Source: an uncultured Halobellus sp. (GTDB lineage: Archaea; Halobacteriota; Halobacteria; Halobacteriales; Haloferacaceae). Taken from it: a stretch of DNA of 34,424 nt. The stretch is taken from contig CAYRWH010000002.1 of the NCBI GenBank assembly GCA_964427935.1, positions 1-34,424 of the forward strand. Direction: 5' to 3'. Shown here piece after piece: positions 27,849 to 34,424 of the stretch; position 1 is the stretch's first letter, and each line of letters opens with the position of its first letter. The notes under the pieces are model-generated. The model had not been told where the DNA came from, searched no databases, and saw only the letters and a list, made by a program, of their open reading frames with translations. A program made the position numbers and the translations under genes.

Positions 27849-30800
27849 TAGGCGTTCACCGTGAGTTTCTCTGTTTCGACGCCGCCGACGCTGACATCGA
27901 AGTCCGCGTCGGGGTCGATCGCGTACGTCAGCTCCCGCTCCTCGCCAGAGGGAACCTTAGGGTTCCACTGGACGAACCACTCACCATCCATATCGACGAC
28001 CGTCCCGTCGGAAAGGTCGGTCGGCTCAGCCGAGACGATATCCGTGATCTCCACGGTCTCGGCGACATCTGAGTGATTCTCGACGACGAGCGTCACTCTC
28101 CCGTCCTCAATCTCGCGCTCGACGCCCACGTTGTTCATAATCCGGGCCAGCGCCGCATCGATGTCAGGCCGCGGTCGCCCCGTAACCTCCGAAACCTTAT
28201 CGGCCATTTCCGGGAGGATTCGTCCGAGAACGTCCTGTTTCTCCCGGCGCTGTTGTATCGAGCGCCGCTTGTTGAGGTACGATTTAAGTTCGCGAGCAGC
28301 CTCCCGAATCGCCAGCTCAATCTCATCTTCTATCGCTGGGACGTTTGCCAGTGCGTCTTTCGACTCACTCGTGAACGGCACGTTCGTGGAGGCGACATGG
28401 ATCGAGATCACGGCCGGCCCGTTCGGCATCCCCGACCCGCCAGGCTGGTCGAGCCCGTAGTTCCGCCAGCCGATCGACCGGATCACGTCCGTCGTCGCAC
28501 ACGCGCCGCGCTGGTACACGAGCGGGACGCGGTTCGCAAACCGGAGCAACTCGACGTTCCCCTCTGCGGGAATCTCTCCGCCGTAGGCGATGCCAGCCTC
28601 GACGATAAACGGGTCGCCGCCGTGAACCTCTGCGTCACGCGTCGCCGCCGCGTAAAAGTCAGCGTCGTACTCCTTGCGGAGCCCCGCCTCCACAAGCTCG
28701 GCTGTGATAGGCGCGAGACAATCGGTCGGCGGCGCGAGGATGTCGGTGTTTCGCATCGCTTCGAGCAGGTCTGCCGCCGCGTCCCGGTCGCCCGCCACCG
28801 TTTTTACCTTCGGCGGGTCATCGGGCACGGTGCGAGCCCGCGCCCACACCGCCTCGGCGACGTTCTCGCGAGCGGTCTCGCCGAACGTCGCGTCGTGTTG
28901 CTCGGCCACGAACGCCGCGGCGTCAGCGATCAACCGGTCGAGGTCATCACGGGTGATTCGGCAGGCGTCACCGTCAAGATCCGCGACTCGGCGGGCTAAC
29001 GCCTCTGCCATCGCTCGCACCGTCTCATCGTCCTTGCGCGTGGAGGTCGCGTCGTCGACAAGTGCGTAGAGGTCAGTGACGAAGACCGACTCAAGGTCAT
29101 CAGTCTCGTCGTCGCTGGCATCGCCATCTTTGATCTCATCACCAGTCCCGAGTATCGCACTCCACGCGGCCTCGACCGCGTTCTCTCTGACTGTCGACCC
29201 GAACGTGCGGCCGGTGTCGGCTTCGACCGTGTCAGCGACGTTGCCAACGATCTCGACCAGTTCCGAGCGTGTAATGTGGTCGTGCGTCCCAACCGTCTCG
29301 GCGACCCCTTCCGCGAACGCGGCAGTCGCCGCCGCCCCCTTATTTGCGACGGCTGCCTCGATGGCTGTCTCGATGTCGTCCGCGGCCGCCGCGCTGTCCG
29401 CGAGTGTCGACCGTGCGGAGGGTGGCGACCACGCGAGTTCGCGGCCGTAGTACCGATCACGGAACGCGTCGATGACGCTCTTGGCGGTTTTTGCACCAAC
29501 CCGGGTGAACTCCTCTTGGAGGAATCCGGAGATGGAGTACGACTCTGTCGCCTCCAACATCTTAATCAGCGCGCCGAGTTCGACGCCGTGCGGGTGCGGC
29601 CGGATCTCGCTCGTCTCGGCGGGAAGCTCGTCGGTTGCGCGCTCGAACTTCCACGGCTCGTCGAGCCCCGGCTCGCGAAGCTCGATTCTTGCGTGCGGAT
29701 TGACGACCGCAGTGTGTTTGATGTAGTCGTGAAGCTGCTGGCGAGCGCGCATGTTCGCTTCCATCTCCAACTCGATTCGAGTGCCGTGGGGCCGGTCCCA
29801 AGAGGTGGTCTCGTCGACGCTGATCTCCGGCTCGTTCGTGTCGGTATCGATGATCAACTCGAAGTACTGTGCGTCGGACTGGCCTTTCGGTCGGGAGGTG
29901 ATTTTCGCCGGCTGCCCCGACGTGAGCTGTGAGTAGAGTACGGCCGCTGAAATACCGATTCCCTGTTGGCCGCGGCTGTTCTTGACGCTTAGTGCGCCCT
30001 CGTTGGAAACGACGAAGTTCTCATCGGATCCGGATTCGCCCGGAACGGAGATGTCGTACACGTGTTCCGGCGGCTCGGTCTCGGTCACGTTCTTCACCGA
30101 GAGCAGGCACATGTCCGTGTCCGTGATCCCGTGTAGGTCCGTGACTGTCTCCCAGAGCGATTCAAGCGAGCCGGTCGCAAAGCCGCCGTCGTCAAGAAGA
30201 CCGTACTCCCGTAGGTTGTGTGCGTATCTCGGCTCGTCAATCCGTTCTCCGTCCAGAGCGCGCTCGATCAGCGAGGCGTATGTTTCCGCGTGCTCCCGAC
30301 TGGATCCGATTCCGGTACCCATCAGTAACCCGGGAATCGTGTCCGGAACCGTCTCGGTACCGGGGTCGCTGACGCGTACGTCGTCGAGCAGTGTCGTCGG
30401 GACTCGTTTGTACTGCTGTGTCCGCGGTGACTCCGAGCTCTTGAGCGCGTCGACGACATCGATATCCGAACCGTATACTTTCGTCCGATATTTCGCGGAT
30501 ACATCGTCACTGTATCCGTTCTCATCCTCCCGGACCTCCGTGCTTGCGAGGACGCCCTGCATGTTCCAGAGCGTCGAGAGCTGCCGTGCTAGCGTCTCGC
30601 TTCGTGTCGTGTGAGAGAGCTCGTTGTTCGGGTGGGTATCGGATCCGTCTCCCTCGTAGAGCGCTCCGATGAACCGACGCTGGAGGTCTGAGTCGAGATC
30701 GAACACGAACCCAGGGATCCGCTTGTTCTCGGCGGCGTCGCCACAGACGGACTTCAGGAACATCGCCAACGGCGAACCAAATGTCTTCACGCGCGTCGAG

Positions 30801-32029
30801 TTGCGTTCCCGTTGGACTGTTGTCGTCGATCCGCCGATCGTCTCTACCGCCCGTTCCGTCGCCTCGATCAGATCCGATTCGTGGCTTCCGAACGTGAATC
30901 CGACCTGTCGCGGTCCCGCGTGTCCCTCGGATACGTAGTACGCCAGCATCTCCACCAACGATTCGTCGACCGGGAGTGACACCGGTACTCCCGTCTCCTC
31001 GCCGCCGACCTGATACGTCTTGAATTCACAGTCGGTCGCTTTCTCTTCCCATCCGAGTTCCAAAACCGTCTCTGCCGGGAGGTACCCCTTCTGTAAGTAG
31101 TTCTGATCGAGGCTGTCTTTCAGAATCTCGACGCCGTCGTATCGGTAGTAAGTCCGCTCTCGGTCGCTTTCGTCCGAAGGCTTCCGGCGAACCGTCTCCT
31201 CCGTCCGGAGCACTTCGAGCGTCTCTCGATCGAAGCCGTAGACGTAGACACGCCGATCGGCGAACTCGCCGGGGTCGACGTGTTTGAGGAGATTGATTTC
31301 GTCGACCTCCCGGTCGGTCGACGGAAGGGAACGGGGCGTGAGGAGTGTGTCACCGGATTCGAGCTCACCGGCCTTCACTTCGCGTGTGCTTCCGTTTGAA
31401 TCGACACTGAACACGCTGTGGTTCCCGGTAACCTCGACCGTTCTCCCCCTTTGTGTCTCTATTTTGTAGGTTCGCTCGTCCGTCTCGTGACGAATCGCGT
31501 GAGTGACCGGCTGCCAACTCATCTTCTGTGTCTCGCGGTTGAACGACGGGACCTCGATCGGGTCCGGAACCGGAGCCGTTCCGTCGTCGTCGGGGAGGTA
31601 CGCATCACAGAGTACTCCGATCGGGACGTACTCGACGTTCCCGTCCCGTCTGACGAGCAGTTGTTGGTCCGGAGTCAGTGACTGCTCACGTTTGTGGAAC
31701 CGCGAACCATACAGTAGCTTCCCGAACACCTTCGGGAGTTGCTCCTTGGTGATCCCTGGCCCGTTGTCCTCGATCACGAGGCGGTAGTAGTCGCCGACCT
31801 CCGTGATCTCGACGTAGATGTCGGGGAGGATCCCCGCTTCCTCGGTCGCGTCGAGGGCGTTGTCGACCGCTTCCTTGACGGCGGTGACGAGCCCGCGAGC
31901 GCCCGAGTCGAACCCGAGCATGTGCTTGTTCTTCTCGAAGAACTCGGCGATAGAGATCTGGCGCTGGCTCTCGGCCAACTCCTCCGCGATCCCCTCGTCC
32001 TCGCCGAGACTCGACTGGAAGGACGTCAT
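27848..32029 (-). CDS. top6B: DNA topoisomerase VI subunit B precursor containing an intein (825-aa extein)
   Basis: [25 protein letters not shown]...[19 protein letters not shown] and VPFTSESK motifs. Confidence 0.97.
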   Translation of the reverse strand: MTSFQSSLGEDEGIAEELAESQRQISIAEFFEKNKHMLGFDSGARGLVTAVKEAVDNALDATEEAGILPDIYVEITEVGDYYRLVIEDNGPGITKEQLPKVFGKLLYGSRFHKREQSLTPDQQLLVRRDGNVEYVPIGVLCDAYLPDDDGTAPVPDPIEVPSFNRETQKMSWQPVTHAIRHETDERTYKIETQRGRTVEVTGNHSVFSVDSNGSTREVKAGELESGDTLLTPRSLPSTDREVDEINLLKHVDPGEFADRRVYVYGFDRETLEVLRTEETVRRKPSDESDRERTYYRYDGVEILKDSLDQNYLQKGYLPAETVLELGWEEKATDCEFKTYQVGGEETGVPVSLPVDESLVEMLAYYVSEGHAGPRQVGFTFGSHESDLIEATERAVETIGGSTTTVQRERNSTRVKTFGSPLAMFLKSVCGDAAENKRIPGFVFDLDSDLQRRFIGALYEGDGSDTHPNNELSHTTRSETLARQLSTLWNMQGVLASTEVREDENGYSDDVSAKYRTKVYGSDIDVVDALKSSESPRTQQYKRVPTTLLDDVRVSDPGTETVPDTIPGLLMGTGIGSSREHAETYASLIERALDGERIDEPRYAHNLREYGLLDDGGFATGSLESLWETVTDLHGITDTDMCLLSVKNVTETEPPEHVYDISVPGESGSDENFVVSNEGALSVKNSRGQQGIGISAAVLYSQLTSGQPAKITSRPKGQSDAQYFELIIDTDTNEPEISVDETTSWDRPHGTRIELEMEANMRARQQLHDYIKHTAVVNPHARIELREPGLDEPWKFERATDELPAETSEIRPHPHGVELGALIKMLEATESYSISGFLQEEFTRVGAKTAKSVIDAFRDRYYGRELAWSPPSARSTLADSAAAADDIETAIEAAVANKGAAATAAFAEGVAETVGTHDHITRSELVEIVGNVADTVEADTGRTFGSTVRENAVEAAWSAILGTGDEIKDGDASDDETDDLESVFVTDLYALVDDATSTRKDDETVRAMAEALARRVADLDGDACRITRDDLDRLIADAAAFVAEQHDATFGETARENVAEAVWARARTVPDDPPKVKTVAGDRDAAADLLEAMRNTDILAPPTDCLAPITAELVEAGLRKEYDADFYAAATRDAEVHGGDPFIVEAGIAYGGEIPAEGNVELLRFANRVPLVYQRGACATTDVIRSIGWRNYGLDQPGGSGMPNGPAVISIHVASTNVPFTSESKDALANVPAIEDEIELAIREAARELKSYLNKRRSIQQRREKQDVLGRILPEMADKVSEVTGRPRPDIDAALARIMNNVGVEREIEDGRVTLVVENHSDVAETVEITDIVSAEPTDLSDGTVVDMDGEWFVQWNPKVPSGEERELTYAIDPDADFDVSVGGVETEKLTVNA
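29978..31681 (-). mobile_element. 568-aa intein with LAGLIDADG homing endonuclease in Top6B
   Basis: Junctions KREQ|SLTPDQ and ALSVKN|SRGQQ. Block B TGNH, block F VYDISV, endonuclease motifs LAYYVSEG and IGALYEGDG. Confidence 0.93.
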
Positions 32030-32041
32030 TCGGTACTCCTA

Positions 32042-32093
32042 CGTTCCACCGATGGGGTTAAAAACAAACCGGCAGCGAGGCGGAAGTGGAACG
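32042..32093 (-). promoter_or_regulatory. top6B promoter region: TATA-like TTTTTAAC flanked by inverted repeat CGTTCCAC/GTGGAACG
   Basis: AT tract about 30 nt upstream of the top6B ATG; 8-bp arms at 32042-32049 and 32086-32093. Confidence 0.45.
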
Positions 32094-32276
32094 CTCCGTT
32101 TGGAGTGCTCTCAGGCGGCTTCCCTCGGAAGTGTGTGACCCATAGACGCTGATGGTGGGTAGGGCGACAAGCACTACCGACGCGCCGACCGATTATTTGT
32201 GCTCGCCGCCACCATCTGAACCCCGAGAGTAAATTACCATGGGGACCGAAGCGTCCGTACGAGCGATTCCCGATCG

Positions 32277-32795
32277 ATGACTACAGAAAACACCGACACG
32301 GAGACGGACGAGGAATCCCGTGAGAGCGTCGCCGATAGAACTGACGAGGGCGTCGGCAATGATGCGGCGCTCAACGAGGAGCCCGATACGATCCCGACCG
32401 ACCACCCCGTCGTGTTGTTTGACGGGGTCTGTAACCTCTGTAACGGCGTCGTTTCCTTTCTTATTCCGCGGGATCCGAAGGGGAAGCTCCGGTTCGCATC
32501 CCTCCAGTCCCCGGTCGGACAAGCCCTACTGGAGCGACACGGCTTTCCAACCGAGGAGTTCGACTCGTTCGTCCTCGTCGAGGGCGACAAAACGTACACG
32601 AAGTCGGGTGCCGCGATCCGGATCGCGGAGCTGATCGGGTGGCCGTACCGGATTGGTACACTCGGCCGCGTCATCCCGAAATTCGTTCGCGACCGCATCT
32701 ACGACGTGGTCGCGAGCAACCGGTACGACTGGTTCGGACGGAAAGACCAGTGTATGATCCCGGACGAGGACGTCAGCGACCGGTTCCTCTCGTAG
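32277..32795 (+). CDS. DCC-family (YuxK-like) thiol-disulfide oxidoreductase
   Basis: FDGVCNLC, FASLQS and YDVVASNRYDWFG motifs. Confidence 0.92.
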   Translation: MTTENTDTETDEESRESVADRTDEGVGNDAALNEEPDTIPTDHPVVLFDGVCNLCNGVVSFLIPRDPKGKLRFASLQSPVGQALLERHGFPTEEFDSFVLVEGDKTYTKSGAAIRIAELIGWPYRIGTLGRVIPKFVRDRIYDVVASNRYDWFGRKDQCMIPDEDVSDRFLS

Positions 32796-32872
32796 TGCGG
32801 GGTCAGAGGCCGAGTTCGGTCCGGAGACGGGAGAAACCAACGCCTGCTGTGTCGTCGATACCAGAGCAGCGC

Positions 32873-33718
32873 TCAAAAGACGCCGGCGATGAACGCGAGT
32901 CCCATTGCCACAAGTACCGTCGCGGTTAGTAGCGGCAGGTACGGCGTGTACCGTTCGACTGTCTCCCGATGGCGTTCGTACCCCGCAATCAACACCAGCG
33001 TCGGAACGAGAATCGCGACGATGACCGCGAGCGAGTACACGAACATAAGCTCCAAGCAGTAGGCGGTTCCGGCACAGATAGCGAGGATCTGGATCGGCTC
33101 TTCGTGGGCGAAGCCTAACAGAAGCGCTGTCGTCCCGAGCGCCGCGATCCCTCGCTCGGCGTCTTCCTCTCGCAGATGACGATGGTTGCCGCCAAACAGC
33201 CGATTTCGGATTCGGGCCAGCCATCCGTTCGTGGGGCGTCCCGGGGACCGTCCTAGCTCGTGGCCGTGTGTGGAGTCGTGGCCGTGTTTGGAGTCGTGGC
33301 CGTGTTTGGAGTCGTGGCCGTCGTCGGAACCATCTGCGTGGTCGTGGTCGGAACCACCTGCGTGGTCGTGGGTGGTGCCGTGGTTGTGGGTAGTGTCGTG
33401 GTCGTGGGTGTGACCAGTTCCGTGCCCACCGGTCCGGTACTCGTGAATCCCGAGCAGAACGAGCATTGTTCCAGCGACGTATCGCATCCATGGGCCTTCG
33501 GCGAACGCCGCGAAGCGACTGAACCAAAAGTACGCCACCACGAGCGCGATACTACTGATCAGATGTCCGACGCCGAGCACGAGCGCCGCGGCCGCCCCGT
33601 ACAGCCACGTCCGCGAGCGGTTTAGCCCGTATGTCGCGGCGATCGGCCACCCGTGATCGGGGAGCACGCCGTGGACGACCCCAATCGCGACGACGCCGAC
33701 GACCAGACCGATATCCAT
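32873..33718 (-). CDS. His-rich Ni/Co transporter-like membrane protein (NiCoT/RcnA/UreH-like)
   Basis: HGVLPDH motif in TM1, His-rich central loop, GFAHEEP, about 6 TMs; divergent from nikR. Start ATG 33718. Confidence 0.8.
   Translation of the reverse strand: MDIGLVVGVVAIGVVHGVLPDHGWPIAATYGLNRSRTWLYGAAAALVLGVGHLISSIALVVAYFWFSRFAAFAEGPWMRYVAGTMLVLLGIHEYRTGGHGTGHTHDHDTTHNHGTTHDHAGGSDHDHADGSDDGHDSKHGHDSKHGHDSTHGHELGRSPGRPTNGWLARIRNRLFGGNHRHLREEDAERGIAALGTTALLLGFAHEEPIQILAICAGTAYCLELMFVYSLAVIVAILVPTLVLIAGYERHRETVERYTPYLPLLTATVLVAMGLAFIAGVF
33258..33370. repeat. Coding tandem repeats: 18 bp x3.5 (TCGTGGCCGTGTTTGGAG) and 24 bp x2 (GTCGGAACCA(T/C)CTGCGTGGTCGTG)
   Basis: Read directly; they encode the HGHDSK and HDHA(G/D)GSD repeats. 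Confidence 0.9.
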
Positions 33719-33840
33719 ACCAAATCCTCCGTGGAGACGACACAAAGACCCTGTTAGCACCGATCTACGTGGATCGTAATACGGCTCGTGGGATGACCAT
33801 AGCATCCATTGGTGTACCCCACAAACGACACGACAAGCGA

Positions 33841-34227
33841 ATGCGTACCAGTTTCAACATTCCGGACGACGTACTCGACGAGTTCGATCGGACGTGGCAG
33901 GCGGAGGGGTTTGACTCCCGGTCGCGGGCGGTACGAGAAGCGATGCAGGAGTATATCGAGTCACACACCGAGTTGGAGGCAGTTTCGGGTGACGTGACTG
34001 CGACACTCGCGTTCGACTACCGGCACGAGGACGTGATCCGCGAGCTACACGGCGTCCAGCACGATTTTCAGGATGTTATCACAACGACGAGTCACACACA
34101 CGAGGGGGACTGGTGTCTGGAAACGGTGTTCTGTCGCGGCGAAGCGGACCGGGTCCGTGAGCTCGTGTATCGACTCCGAGACTTCGACGCCGTGGGGCGG
34201 GTGAAAGTTCTCTCCCTCCGTTTGTGA
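33841..34227 (+). CDS. nikR: NikR-family nickel-responsive regulator
   Basis: Ribbon-helix-helix N-terminus (MRTSFNIP...SRSRAVREA) plus QH...HTH....C nickel-ligand pattern. Confidence 0.88.
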   Translation: MRTSFNIPDDVLDEFDRTWQAEGFDSRSRAVREAMQEYIESHTELEAVSGDVTATLAFDYRHEDVIRELHGVQHDFQDVITTTSHTHEGDWCLETVFCRGEADRVRELVYRLRDFDAVGRVKVLSLRL

Positions 34228-34424
34228 CCCGGCCGATGACGCTGCGTGGACGGACAGTCTGATCCGGCTTTGTTGAAATCCACTAGAGATGACAGGAGGT
34301 GCGTGCTGAATAGAGGGCGCGAATACAGCGGTATCCCCGGCTCAATCCACGAAAAGAGTGATTGGTCAGTACAGGGGGCACACGTACCGGTGTCAAGCAC
34401 AAAGTTGTCCACAATATACTACTA

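Noticed and set aside
26616-28999. Long + strand ORFs (317 aa, 308 aa) antisense to top6A/top6B, and similar shadow ORFs elsewhere
   Set aside because: Expected antisense open frames in high-GC DNA with biased codon use; no recognisable motifs.
32042-32093. Replication origin ORB elements
   Set aside because: Only a GTTCCAC core matches; there is no GAAAC/G-string, no long AT-rich unwinding element and no cdc6/orc gene in the window.
33258-33420. Possible CRISPR array
   Set aside because: The repeats are contiguous, have no spacers, are multiples of 3 and encode the His-rich loop; no cas genes are present.
33791-33807. GGATG-N7-CATCC as the NikR operator
   Set aside because: Arms are only 5 bp and the spacing is shorter than known NikR operators; could be chance.
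34228-34424. Gene or element at the window end
   Set aside because: No convincing ORF or repeat; probably the upstream region of a gene outside the window.

Overview
High-GC haloarchaeal chromosomal window (acidic proteins, leaderless-style promoters, topoisomerase VI; Halorubrum-like by inference). It holds an acetate-utilisation locus: a divergent acs paralog (5'-truncated by the window), a tyrosine-recombinase/GAF/Bat-HTH fusion gene, a canonical acs, a DUF4212 + ActP-like Na+/solute symporter, and a usp. Next come a seemingly lower-GC Dpp/Opp ABC cassette with a convergent Tat-lipoprotein binding protein, azlCD, trmJ, an MFS transporter, a purA C-terminal remnant, an aldo/keto reductase, lrp + aminotransferase, a GIDE-like protein, acyl-CoA dehydrogenase, a sensor-less histidine kinase, msrB, top6A, intein-containing top6B, a DCC oxidoreductase and a divergent His-rich Ni/Co transporter / nikR pair. 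The best candidate for an undescribed system is at 1782-3731. A Xer/integrase catalytic domain with an altered active site is fused to GAF and Bat-type HTH domains. It is preceded by two 28-bp 11-6-11 palindromic (dif/att-like) sites, each followed by the same CATGGATAGAC start sequence, and it sits beside an Acs paralog altered in the CoA-tunnel motif. No rRNA, tRNA or CRISPR array was recognised.
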